This document shows, one piece after another, positions 52,147 to 61,518 of a stretch of 64,000 bases of DNA. Under the pieces are notes generated by a model. It saw only the letters and a list, made by a program, of their open reading frames with translations. It was not told the DNA's origin and did no database searches. The DNA comes from Patescibacteria group bacterium (lineage in GTDB: Bacteria; Patescibacteriota; Microgenomatia; Levybacterales; UBA12049). The DNA lies in contig DATICB010000008.1 of the NCBI GenBank assembly GCA_035457005.1, positions 1,013 through 65,012 on the forward strand, read 5' to 3'. How positions within the stretch are numbered: the first letter of the stretch is position 1; each line of letters begins with the position of its first letter. The translations under genes were made by a program, and so were the position numbers.

Positions 52147-52377
52147 ATGACAGAACAAATTACATTACAAAATACATCAATTAGCTTTGTTCCTTCTTTT
52201 TCTGGAAGCGGATGGGAGACATCGCTTGTTCCAAGACTCGAAAGAAGTCACAGTGAGCAGCCAGAATTACGACTAACATTTGGTTGGATAAAACAGATGC
52301 TCTTGAAAATGCAAAACATAAGGCGGGAAGGAGGTGCTGCTTCATGGACGACTGCAATTGCTAGACTATTTCTCTAA
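52147..52377 (+). CDS. hypothetical small protein downstream of lexA-2
   Basis: 76-aa ORF starting 9 nt after lexA stop; GC-richer; weak. Confidence 0.2.
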   Translation: MTEQITLQNTSISFVPSFSGSGWETSLVPRLERSHSEQPELRLTFGWIKQMLLKMQNIRREGGAASWTTAIARLFL

Positions 52378-52417
52378 TTTAGCACTGGGTTAATATGAGT
52401 GCTAACATGGCGGGAGG

Positions 52418-53002
52418 CTAACTTCCGAAAATTTGTTTACGAAGCAACATCTCTCCATTTCCTTGTCTGAGTGTTTTGAGAGATTTTAAAATCAGTTCGT
52501 GATCTCGAAACGAATCATCAAGCAAGACTTGGAGAAATTCATTCCACGTAACTTCTTTTGGTTTTACTTTCTCGCCACTATCTAACGAGGGATCTTGTAT
52601 TTTCTTACAGTCTTGTGCAACAAAGGTAAAAAGAGCCCAATCAATTTTACTCAGTGGCTGGACTGCCTCAAAAAGTTTCCAATCGTTACTGGCATATCCA
52701 GTCTCTTCCAATAATTCTCTTTGTGCTGCCTCAAAAACATCTTCATTCTCGTCAATAATTCCACCAGGTGTGCCTACAAATGGTTTTGTGCCAGGCTGCT
52801 CTTGCTCAAGAAGCAGTATTTTTTTCTCTGGTGTTATTGCCAAAATTCCCACAGTATCTCGCCTTTTTACTTTTTCAAATGTTTTAATACTTCCATCAAA
52901 CTGAACCTGCTCCCACTGGTACACATCAAAAAGAATGCCCGAGAAAACTTTCTTTGCATTTTCAGGAATTGGTTGTTTGGAAAATGGTCTTTGTATATGC
53001 AT
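52418..53002 (-). CDS. NUDIX hydrolase (ADP-ribose pyrophosphatase-like)
   Basis: Nudix box GTPGGIIDENEDVFEAAQRELLEETG. Confidence 0.75.
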   Translation of the reverse strand: MHIQRPFSKQPIPENAKKVFSGILFDVYQWEQVQFDGSIKTFEKVKRRDTVGILAITPEKKILLLEQEQPGTKPFVGTPGGIIDENEDVFEAAQRELLEETGYASNDWKLFEAVQPLSKIDWALFTFVAQDCKKIQDPSLDSGEKVKPKEVTWNEFLQVLLDDSFRDHELILKSLKTLRQGNGEMLLRKQIFGS

Positions 53003-53009
53003 AGCTAGA

Positions 53010-53972
53010 TTATAATGTTTTTAAAATGTCTCGAACAAGAGAAAGCGCTTCTTCATAAGCATTTGTTTCCATAAAACGCTGGCGCATTTCCGCAGCACCG
53101 TCAAAATCAGAAATATACACTTTAAAATATTTTTTAAGAATTTGAAATGATTTTTGATTTCCCCAGGTTTCTTGATAGAGTCGAACGTGACGTTCTAATA
53201 ATTCCAAACGCTCTTGCAGTGATTTTGTTGTTGGATCAATTCCTGCAAAAATCCAGGGGTTATGAAAAATCCCACGTCCAATCATAACACCATCCAAGTG
53301 ATACTTTTCTACTTTTTCTTTTGCTTCTGCCAAACTAGCTACATCACCATTGCCAAAAATAAGTGTAGACTTTTCCATGGTCTTTCTTAACTCCGCTGCT
53401 TTTCCTATTTCATCCCAATGTGCAGGAACTTTGGACATTTCTGCGGCTGTTCGGCCGTGGACGGTAATCAATGGCAAGTTGTGTTGAAGCAAAAATCCTA
53501 TCCATTCTTCTGTTTGTATGTGTTTAAATCCAATTCGTGTCTTCACGCTTACCGGCAACTCTCCTGCACCCTCTTGTGTTGCTTGAATTATCTCTGTTGC
53601 CAATGGGTGATTTTTAATGAGCGCGCTGCATGCACCATGTGACGTCACGTCATGCTGCGGACAGCCCATATTAATATCGATACCATCAAATCCTCTTTCA
53701 ACAAGCTCTTTGGCAACTTTGTAATAATTTTCTGGTTTCATTCCCCAAATTTGCGCAACAATAGGGTGTTCAATGTGAGTAAATTGGAGCCTTCTTGCAA
53801 CAACGTCATGCCCTTGGGAAGATATCCCGTCGACGTTAGTAAACTCGGTAAAAAAAACGTCTGGCTTGCCTGTTATGCAAAAAATCTGTCGCAACACAGT
53901 GTCTGTAACATCCTCCATGGGAGCCAAGGAAATGATTGGTTTGGGAAGAGATTGCCACAAAGATACCATCAC
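53010..53972 (-). CDS. tRNA-dihydrouridine synthase
   Basis: LAPMEDVTDTVLRQI, FMN-binding TIM barrel, catalytic Cys region. Confidence 0.85.
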   Translation of the reverse strand: MMVSLWQSLPKPIISLAPMEDVTDTVLRQIFCITGKPDVFFTEFTNVDGISSQGHDVVARRLQFTHIEHPIVAQIWGMKPENYYKVAKELVERGFDGIDINMGCPQHDVTSHGACSALIKNHPLATEIIQATQEGAGELPVSVKTRIGFKHIQTEEWIGFLLQHNLPLITVHGRTAAEMSKVPAHWDEIGKAAELRKTMEKSTLIFGNGDVASLAEAKEKVEKYHLDGVMIGRGIFHNPWIFAGIDPTTKSLQERLELLERHVRLYQETWGNQKSFQILKKYFKVYISDFDGAAEMRQRFMETNAYEEALSLVRDILKTL

Positions 53973-54010
53973 ACTATTATATCAGGATCGAATCGGAGAA
54001 CAAAACTATC

Positions 54011-56083
54011 TTATTGCTTGTTTGGGGTTGAAGATGCTCTCGGAGTCAAAGCTACATCTAATCCCAATTCTCTTAATTCTTCAACTGTAACCTGCCCATT
54101 TTGAACTCTTTCAACAAAGTGAGTTCTTGTTTCTTCAGTCTGTCCATTTTTCTCAGCTGCTGCAACTTGTTGTTCAACTAAGGCTCGCAGCGCATCTCTC
54201 TTCCAATCGGGAGTATCTTCTGGAAGACCTGCTAACAGAGTCTCTCCTTCTTCTCGCGCTTTATCTGGCGTCATAGTAGATAAATTATGTATTCTGGTAT
54301 TTCTTTGCTCATCAGACACTCCAGAAGTCAATTCCACTTGTCGCTCCGCAGCTTGCTGTGCAACTTCCGCATCAAGTCCAAATTCTTCCAAAACTCCAGC
54401 ATAACCTCTCACGTCTCCTTCGGCTAGTCGATTTCTTCCTCTTGCCTTTGGACCTTCACCATACAATTGATCAGCCAATTCCTGCGCTTCCTCGGTCGTA
54501 ATAGTTCCACCTGATTCGGTTACTAAAGCATTAGTTAACATTGCATTTGCCGGATCTCCTTCCAAACCTCCAACAGCCGCAACAGATCGTCTCATAATAA
54601 GGTTTGCTGCCTCTACGCCTGACAATTGTTTACCGCTCTCGTCGGTAATCTGCAAGTCGCCTCTTAAACTCCACAAAAGGTACGCTGGATCGTGCTCTTG
54701 CTCTGAAGATAACTGTCCTGTTCGCTGCGATGCGCGCCTCTCATCTAAAAATTCTCCTGCATCGTGCATCATCTTTTCATCAACAGTGGCTGTTTGTGGA
54801 TTTGGTTCAGATGGGGTTTGTAAATCAACATCACTTCTTGGAATACTTGTCACTGCAAGAAATTCTGCATCTGAAAGTGAGCTTAATGTTCTCGCCTGCT
54901 CGGCAGATGCTTGAAGTGGGATTTTTTGATTTTCTACTACAACCACTCTCTCTGCTGTATTGGGAAGACCTGCTTGTCTGAGCCGTTCAAGACTACGCGC
55001 AGTACCTAGTATCGGCCTACCACCTGCTGCTTGTATTTCTTGTAATCTTTTTTCATCAGAGAGCGACTGCTCAACAACATGTCCCGACAACATAACACCA
55101 TTACCCGGCTCAATGACCTCAACTTGCATCGTTCTTCCTGAGACAGGAGTAAATAATCGTGAACTTATAAATAAAGCTCCTGTATCAGAAAGAGATGACT
55201 GCAGTGCCTCTTGTACAGATTTATCATTTATATTGCCGTTTCCTGAATCTACTACTACTGATTGACCGTTTACAACAATATCTGCATTTGTTGTGTGTCT
55301 TCCTGACTCGTCAGTAGTTCTTGGTCTAAACCGAGCACTTGCTACAATAACTCCTCCAGTAATTGCACCCTGTACTGGATGGGCGGGTTGACCATCTCTA
55401 TTAGAGTGAAGAGGAGCATCTCGAAATGCATACGTGCCATCACGGTTGATTACCACACCAGTACCATGTGCAAATCTTGGGTCTGACATGACCATAGAGA
55501 CATCAACGCTGCCATCACTGTTGACGGCAACATTAACAGCCGGTTGCGCACCAACAATTGATTCACCTTCACCCCTTGTTCTGTCTGCATCAACATTTAC
55601 AGGACCTAAGCTAAATCTATGTGTTGCACCTCCTGCCAACTCGCTCACTCGGTGCATCATCGCAACTTCAGATGCTTCTAAAATGCGAAGTGCCGGAGCA
55701 TTGTGTATTCGTAACCACTCACGGGCTTGTTGCTGTCCTTTTTCCGAAGCAATGTCCGTTATACCAGCTTTTTGCGCTTCACCTTCTGAAAGAGAGACTT
55801 GTCCACGTATTCCCATTTGATGTGCCATTTCCAATTCAATATTTCTTGCTGCTTCAGATTGACGCGATTGTCTTTTTTCTCTATTAACGTGTCTATGCGA
55901 ACCAATAAAGTCCACTATTGCCTGACGACCACCAGGAGTCATGAGTGTTCGAAGAAGAGATAAGTGCGACCTCGGACCGTGCTCGCCTCTAACCGCCTGA
56001 CCAACGCCAGCAACATGTCTTTCCTGCAACGGTGCAGTTGTCTGTTGTGCTTGAGCTTCTGTTGATGTCGATCCTTCTGGCAT
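54011..56083 (-). CDS. large acidic hypothetical protein, compositionally atypical (~50% GC)
   Basis: Start placed at MPEGSTST (56083) directly after TTGACA-17-TTATGCT hexamers; tool ORF extended to 56236; no TM, no known motif; adjacent to tRNA-Thr. Confidence 0.45.
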   Translation of the reverse strand: MPEGSTSTEAQAQQTTAPLQERHVAGVGQAVRGEHGPRSHLSLLRTLMTPGGRQAIVDFIGSHRHVNREKRQSRQSEAARNIELEMAHQMGIRGQVSLSEGEAQKAGITDIASEKGQQQAREWLRIHNAPALRILEASEVAMMHRVSELAGGATHRFSLGPVNVDADRTRGEGESIVGAQPAVNVAVNSDGSVDVSMVMSDPRFAHGTGVVINRDGTYAFRDAPLHSNRDGQPAHPVQGAITGGVIVASARFRPRTTDESGRHTTNADIVVNGQSVVVDSGNGNINDKSVQEALQSSLSDTGALFISSRLFTPVSGRTMQVEVIEPGNGVMLSGHVVEQSLSDEKRLQEIQAAGGRPILGTARSLERLRQAGLPNTAERVVVVENQKIPLQASAEQARTLSSLSDAEFLAVTSIPRSDVDLQTPSEPNPQTATVDEKMMHDAGEFLDERRASQRTGQLSSEQEHDPAYLLWSLRGDLQITDESGKQLSGVEAANLIMRRSVAAVGGLEGDPANAMLTNALVTESGGTITTEEAQELADQLYGEGPKARGRNRLAEGDVRGYAGVLEEFGLDAEVAQQAAERQVELTSGVSDEQRNTRIHNLSTMTPDKAREEGETLLAGLPEDTPDWKRDALRALVEQQVAAAEKNGQTEETRTHFVERVQNGQVTVEELRELGLDVALTPRASSTPNKQ

Positions 56084-56236
56084 ATATCTAGCATAAGATG
56101 TTTTGTGAAAAATTGTCAAGCAGGAAATTCTGTATCTTTGCACAAAAGACAAATATTTCTTATAATAAAAGGTGTTGGAGACTAAGACCTGTGTGATGTA
56201 ACTCAGGGTAGAGTAGCTCTTTTGGCCCGCCTGCAT

Positions 56237-56308
56237 GCCGTTTTAGCTCAATGGTAGAGCAGCGGTATCGTAAACCGCAGGTTATCGGTTCAAGTCCGAT
56301 AAACGGCT
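56237..56308 (+). tRNA. tRNA-Thr (anticodon CGU)
   Basis: GCCGTTTTAGCTCAATGGTAGAGCAGCGGTATCGTAAACCGC...ATCGGTTCAAGTCCGATAAACGGCT; anticodon loop ATCGTAA. Confidence 0.85.
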
Positions 56309-56386
56309 CAGATTACGGCGGGCAAGTAAAGAGCAAACTAACGGGTTCTAATCTCACCTTCGGCTTAGAATATTTACATTAAACAT

Positions 56387-57094
56387 ATGAAATCTCGACT
56401 TAATAGAACAACAGAATCGAAAACAAAGAAACAGCTTATTATATCTATTGTTGGCATTGTTGTGCTTCTTTTTGTTCTTTTTAAATTTGGCATTCCCGCA
56501 CTCACTAATTTAAGTCTTTTTTTATCAAGTAAAAATTCCAGTAGTCAAGACAGTGCCTCTAGCTCGCATGCAGTTGTACCACCACCTGTTATGAATGAGC
56601 AGTTTAGTGCAACCAACAGCGCCTCCATAACGGTAAACGGTACTGCAGCGTCTAAGACAACAGTGCAACTTTTTGTTAACAGTTCGCTCATTGACTCGCA
56701 GAGTGTCAAAGACGATGGCACATTTTCTTTTACTGGTGTTAATTTAACACAGCAGCAAAATACCATTCAGACAAAAGCAAAAACAGACAAGGCAATCAGC
56801 AATTTTTCGGATACCTGGACAATCACTTACTTACAAAAAGCGCCAAGTCTGTCTGTTGATAGCCCTCATGACAATGATTCTTTTGACAGTAGTCATCCAA
56901 CAGTTGTGGTCTCTGGCAAAACAGATCCCGACAACCGCGTGACGGTTAATGGTTTTTGGGCAATTGTTGACTCAAGCGGTAATTACTCGTACACACTCGC
57001 TTTACAAAATGGAGACAACCACATTGATGTTGTTGCAACCGACGCAGCAGGCAATACCACCAAGCAAAGCCTTACTGTTCATCACGCTCAGTAA
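56387..57094 (+). CDS. membrane-anchored surface protein with Ig-like (BIG) repeats
   Basis: N-terminal TM anchor, Ser/Thr/Asn-rich beta-strand repeats (TVNGTAASKTTVQLFVN..., VSGKTDPDNRVTVNGF..., VVATDAAGNT). Confidence 0.5.
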   Translation: MKSRLNRTTESKTKKQLIISIVGIVVLLFVLFKFGIPALTNLSLFLSSKNSSSQDSASSSHAVVPPPVMNEQFSATNSASITVNGTAASKTTVQLFVNSSLIDSQSVKDDGTFSFTGVNLTQQQNTIQTKAKTDKAISNFSDTWTITYLQKAPSLSVDSPHDNDSFDSSHPTVVVSGKTDPDNRVTVNGFWAIVDSSGNYSYTLALQNGDNHIDVVATDAAGNTTKQSLTVHHAQ

Positions 57095-58268
57095 TTCCCA
57101 ACACAACCCACAGCCAGATAAGAAGAAACGGGTAAAATAGTCCATTCACAAAAAAACTGCCAACAAATAATGCAACAAATGTTGCAAGTCCAATTCTTTT
57201 TTTTGATTTTTTCAAAATTCTCACATGACTCCAGAGAAAAAGAAGGAATGCACAAAACCCTATTATTCCACTTGTTGCAAAGACAAGCAGCAACGAACTG
57301 TCTGCACCCGATGCACCATGGTCTTCCTGAATGGGACTTCCCAACATAAAATGATTTCGGTACTGTGCATATCGATAGGCATTAAATCCAACACCAAGTA
57401 TTGGACGTTGCCAAAAAATCGCAAGTGCATTTCTTGCACTACCAATTCGTGCATTGGTTGATGTCATACGAAACAGGCTATTCATGTCCTGTGTTTTTTT
57501 TGGAGCAAAGAAAAATATTCCGGCAGTGACACAAACAGCAATACTCACAACCCACAACCATTTCCAAAATTTTTTATTCCAAAAAAGAATCATAAGTCCT
57601 GCAAAAAGTGCAATAAGTGCAGTTCGAGAATAGGTAAGAAAAATAGCTGTAAAAATAATGCTTCCCAAAACAAAAAGTCCAGCAAATAATACTTTTTCTT
57701 TTTGCACAGACATGGTAAACAATTTTGACAAAACCAAAAGGAGGAAAAGTACCAAAAATAATCCAAAAAAATTAGGATCAAAAAATGTTCCAAACATTCG
57801 ATAAAAATGCTCATCCCAGCCAAAATACAAAAGATTCCGAAGACTCGGATACAAAAGATACTGCACATATCCACCTAAAAGAAGCAGCGTCCCACTGACA
57901 AAAAGTACTATGGTAAGCTTGTGTTTGGAAGACGCCGAACTATTTTTTACCATAAAAAATAATCCACCAAACACGACCCAGCGAAGAATATAGAGACTTG
58001 CAGTTGCTACCTGTGGCAAAGAAAGCGTTGTCCAATTAGTAAGAAGTGAAAGCACAAAAATTCCGGTGAGTACAATAAATGTTTTTGCTTGGAAAGAAAC
58101 AGGCCTTTTGTTAAAAACAATTTGCCTTATCATCCAACATCCAAATCCAATCGCTACCACAATATCAACAAGTGTAAAAGAAATAGCCAAACCAGGTGTT
58201 ACTCGAGACACCTCACCTAAAGGCAGCGCAACACAAAGCAATAATAAAAAGTATATTAGTAGTACCAC
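57072..58268 (-). CDS. O-antigen ligase/polymerase-like (Wzy_C) membrane protein
   Basis: ~10 TM helices with a large periplasmic loop typical of the Wzy_C family. Confidence 0.6.
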   Translation of the reverse strand: MVLLIYFLLLLCVALPLGEVSRVTPGLAISFTLVDIVVAIGFGCWMIRQIVFNKRPVSFQAKTFIVLTGIFVLSLLTNWTTLSLPQVATASLYILRWVVFGGLFFMVKNSSASSKHKLTIVLFVSGTLLLLGGYVQYLLYPSLRNLLYFGWDEHFYRMFGTFFDPNFFGLFLVLFLLLVLSKLFTMSVQKEKVLFAGLFVLGSIIFTAIFLTYSRTALIALFAGLMILFWNKKFWKWLWVVSIAVCVTAGIFFFAPKKTQDMNSLFRMTSTNARIGSARNALAIFWQRPILGVGFNAYRYAQYRNHFMLGSPIQEDHGASGADSSLLLVFATSGIIGFCAFLLFLWSHVRILKKSKKRIGLATFVALFVGSFFVNGLFYPFLLIWLWVVLGITERDEQ

Positions 58269-59866
58269 GTTTGCCCTTTCAGTGAATACACCCGAACCTG
58301 AGAAACAGGATTAAAATAGATGAGTGTCCAGTAACGAAATCTTTCTGGCATGCCATTTCCCAAAACCGCAACATAATTAAATGCGTCACCTTTTTTCACC
58401 CAACTACTGTCTATAAAAGGAAAATCAACATAATACAAATTATGAAATCCATACAATAAAACAGTGTCCGTAGGTTTTATATGGTGGGCAAAATACCCAT
58501 CAATATCATAAAAGTCTCCAAGGTTAAATTGTAAATACTTTTGCATAAAATGCACTTCAGTTTCTTTATGAAAAATAAGTGGTAAAAATTTCGCATTTGC
58601 CACACTTCGATACGCTAGCGACCAACATGCAACAAGTGCAATAAATACAACAAAAACGGTTTGCCATTTTTTATGCAGTTGCGTCAGAATAAATACGGCA
58701 ACCACAGAAAGCATGGATAGGTATGGCAAAATATAGCGTCCTCCTCCTGTTTGTGGGGTTATGTACCATGCTACTAGTCCTCCTAGTGCAAAAATAAAAG
58801 GCAAACGAAATTCTTTCCACAATTTTTTCCAATACATAATTCCAAATGGCAACAGTGCTAAAAAAATTGGATGAACAGGATCTGATGCCTGTGCAAATGT
58901 GTCCCATACTGATTTAAGAAGGAAAAGAGGATTGAGAATTTCCCAAAAATCAGACACCTGGTAAACAGGCGAAAGCATAGGATAAATTGGATTTCCGGTA
59001 TGGATAAAAGAAAAAACACACCAAGGCAAAAGACACAAAGCAACAATTCCAACAAACATTCCAGCTTGTTTTATTCTAAGAAGCAAAGGTAACGTATTGC
59101 TTTCTAAAAAAAGAAGTACGAAGGTATAAACAGCAATGTCAGGGAGTGCTAGTAATTTGGTACCAATCGTAAAAGCAACAAAAATTGCACTGTACAAAAA
59201 ATATTGTTGCTTTTTCGTTTCTATCCAGGTAAAAAATGCTAATAAAGCAGCTACAGTAAAAAAAGTACGCGCTAGATCAATGTATCCGCTTATTGATTCC
59301 CATCCAACCACAAGATTACTGTAAAAAATAACTGGTAAGAGAAGTGCCCATGTTGGTGAAAAAAATTTCCGCCCTAATCTGTACAAAGCAAAAAGCGTTG
59401 CAATACCAAAAAGAAAATGAATACCTCTGGCAAAAAAATCAGATCCAAATGAAAGGCCAACAGTATAAAGCATTTCTGTTAGCTTAGGCATGTCGGAGTA
59501 ATATAAAATGCCACCTGGAATATGCACAATCATGTGGTACAAAAGATAGAGTTTGGGAAGTGTGAGATGATACCATGTTGCATCAAATCCTATTTCTGGA
59601 CCAAAAAGGCCAATGCTATTAATTACTGTTTGTAAAATAAGATATATAATAGCAAGTTGAAAAAAAATTGATTTATGTTTTGGAGAGAAACTTTGCAAAA
59701 AGGAAAGTATCATTTCTTTTTTGTACCAAAAAAATATTCCCCAAAAAAGCAATGTAGTTCCAATAAGTACAAAAGGATAGATAAATCCCAGAAGGCCTAG
59801 GAAAAATATACTATACGAAAAAATACCAATTGCGAGTGCTATTTCAAACATATATTTGCACGACAT
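58256..59866 (-). CDS. polytopic membrane protein, GT-C-like glycosyltransferase candidate
   Basis: 536 aa, >10 TM helices, soluble C-terminal domain. Confidence 0.5.
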   Translation of the reverse strand: MSCKYMFEIALAIGIFSYSIFFLGLLGFIYPFVLIGTTLLFWGIFFWYKKEMILSFLQSFSPKHKSIFFQLAIIYLILQTVINSIGLFGPEIGFDATWYHLTLPKLYLLYHMIVHIPGGILYYSDMPKLTEMLYTVGLSFGSDFFARGIHFLFGIATLFALYRLGRKFFSPTWALLLPVIFYSNLVVGWESISGYIDLARTFFTVAALLAFFTWIETKKQQYFLYSAIFVAFTIGTKLLALPDIAVYTFVLLFLESNTLPLLLRIKQAGMFVGIVALCLLPWCVFSFIHTGNPIYPMLSPVYQVSDFWEILNPLFLLKSVWDTFAQASDPVHPIFLALLPFGIMYWKKLWKEFRLPFIFALGGLVAWYITPQTGGGRYILPYLSMLSVVAVFILTQLHKKWQTVFVVFIALVACWSLAYRSVANAKFLPLIFHKETEVHFMQKYLQFNLGDFYDIDGYFAHHIKPTDTVLLYGFHNLYYVDFPFIDSSWVKKGDAFNYVAVLGNGMPERFRYWTLIYFNPVSQVRVYSLKGQTWYY

Positions 59867-59927
59867 GCAAGATAAACAACGTAATGAATAAAAACAAACA
59901 CAACCCAGAAAAATAAAATAAATTGTC

Positions 59928-60671
59928 CTATGTGCTTTTTTGTAATTGCCATAATTTCCCTCTCACCAAAAATGAGTGAAAACTCATAAGAATTGCCGCA
60001 AGAAAACCCTGAATTCCATCAAGAAATCCCATTTTCCAAAAATAATCTTGAATAAATTTTACTTTTGGATAAATAAGAATGTCAATCAAATTGGCATGTT
60101 TTCCATTCTCAAAAAGCTCTTGTGAACGAAGCGTTGAATAGAAATTAATTTCTTGTAAAAATTCAGCTATTGTTGGATGCGGATGATGTCTTAGTGCATT
60201 GTCTAATGTTTGTACAGAACCATGGATGTCCCACATCTCGTGTACTTTTCCTTTCCACTTACCGTTTTCCTTTTTTGCTAAGCGAAGCAATTGTATTTTA
60301 CCTTGTTCTCCATGTCGTAGCACTTTTCTCCACATAACATCCTCTCTTTTCAGGAAAAATCCAACATACTTATTGTTTTGAATTTTTTCCAAAATTTCAT
60401 TTTTCAGTTTTTCAGAGACTCTTTCATCTGCATCAACAAACAGAACCCATTCTTCCCTTGCCTTTTCCAGTCCAAAATTCCGCTGTAATGCAAAACTATT
60501 TTCAAGTGAATGAACTATGACGCGAGCTCCATTTTTTCTAGCAAGTTCAACAGTGGCGTCTGTAGAATTGTCATCGATCACAATAATCTCGTCACAAAAT
60601 TCTAGGTCTTTGAGACATGATTCAATATTTCTCTCTTCGTTTTTAGTTAGAACTACTGCAGAGATAGACAT
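59928..60671 (-). CDS. family 2 glycosyltransferase
   Basis: VVLTKNEERNI...VIDDNSTDAT...DAD (DXD) GT-A fold motifs. Confidence 0.8.
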   Translation of the reverse strand: MSISAVVLTKNEERNIESCLKDLEFCDEIIVIDDNSTDATVELARKNGARVIVHSLENSFALQRNFGLEKAREEWVLFVDADERVSEKLKNEILEKIQNNKYVGFFLKREDVMWRKVLRHGEQGKIQLLRLAKKENGKWKGKVHEMWDIHGSVQTLDNALRHHPHPTIAEFLQEINFYSTLRSQELFENGKHANLIDILIYPKVKFIQDYFWKMGFLDGIQGFLAAILMSFHSFLVRGKLWQLQKST

Positions 60672-60686
60672 AACACAAGTATATCA

Positions 60687-61517
60687 TTAGTAAGAAAGTA
60701 GTGCTCTTGCAACACTCACTGTAGCAGCAGGATTTGCTTTGATAAGCAAAAGTGCCTGGCAAAGAATAAATAATTTATGTGTTACCTTTTGTAAAAAAGA
60801 TTTTTCATATTTTTTTCCAAAAAAAATACCACTTTTAAGTAGAAAATATATGGTAAATGGTGAAATTCTTCCCGCTGATTGACTGAGCGCATGGTTAATG
60901 ACAATTGACGGAACGAGTACTGTTGCAAATCCTTTTTCTTTTGCACGAAGACAAAAATCAACATCTTCATAATAAAGAAAAAAGTTCTCATCAAATAGTC
61001 CAATTTTGTCAAATACTTTTTTTCTAATCATCATACAACATCCCGAAACATACTCAACTGGCAATATTTTTTTTCTTGGCAAAACATTCACTTCTTTATG
61101 GGATGTTCGAAGAAAAAGAGCATTTATCTTCCCGCCTATGTCGTAAAGAGTTTTATTGTTTTTTTTAAATCGTATTGCTGGCCCAGCAATACCAATGCTT
61201 TTTTTTAAATTGAAACTCAGTTTTTTGAGAAATGGCTTTTCAACTTTCGTGTCATTATTAAGAAGGCAAATTGTGTCATACCCTTTGCGAAGAGCATATT
61301 CAATGCCAATATTTGCACCTTTCGCAAACCCAAGATTTCTTTTGTTATTGATCACTGTGAATTTTTGATTAACAAAATCAACTGAACTCAATTCATCAAG
61401 AGTATTATTTACAACAAAAATTGAGAATGGGTGTGTCTCATTTTTGTACAGACTTTCTATGCAATGTTTTGTTGTCAACAATTTTCCAAAATGAATAATA
61501 ATAACAGCAATTTTCAT
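60687..61517 (-). CDS. family 2 glycosyltransferase
   Basis: MKIAVIIIHFGK...NNTLDE...NNDT; GT2 rhamnosyl/galactofuranosyl transferase-like. Confidence 0.8.
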   Translation of the reverse strand: MKIAVIIIHFGKLLTTKHCIESLYKNETHPFSIFVVNNTLDELSSVDFVNQKFTVINNKRNLGFAKGANIGIEYALRKGYDTICLLNNDTKVEKPFLKKLSFNLKKSIGIAGPAIRFKKNNKTLYDIGGKINALFLRTSHKEVNVLPRKKILPVEYVSGCCMMIRKKVFDKIGLFDENFFLYYEDVDFCLRAKEKGFATVLVPSIVINHALSQSAGRISPFTIYFLLKSGIFFGKKYEKSFLQKVTHKLFILCQALLLIKANPAATVSVARALLSY

Positions 61518-61518
61518 T

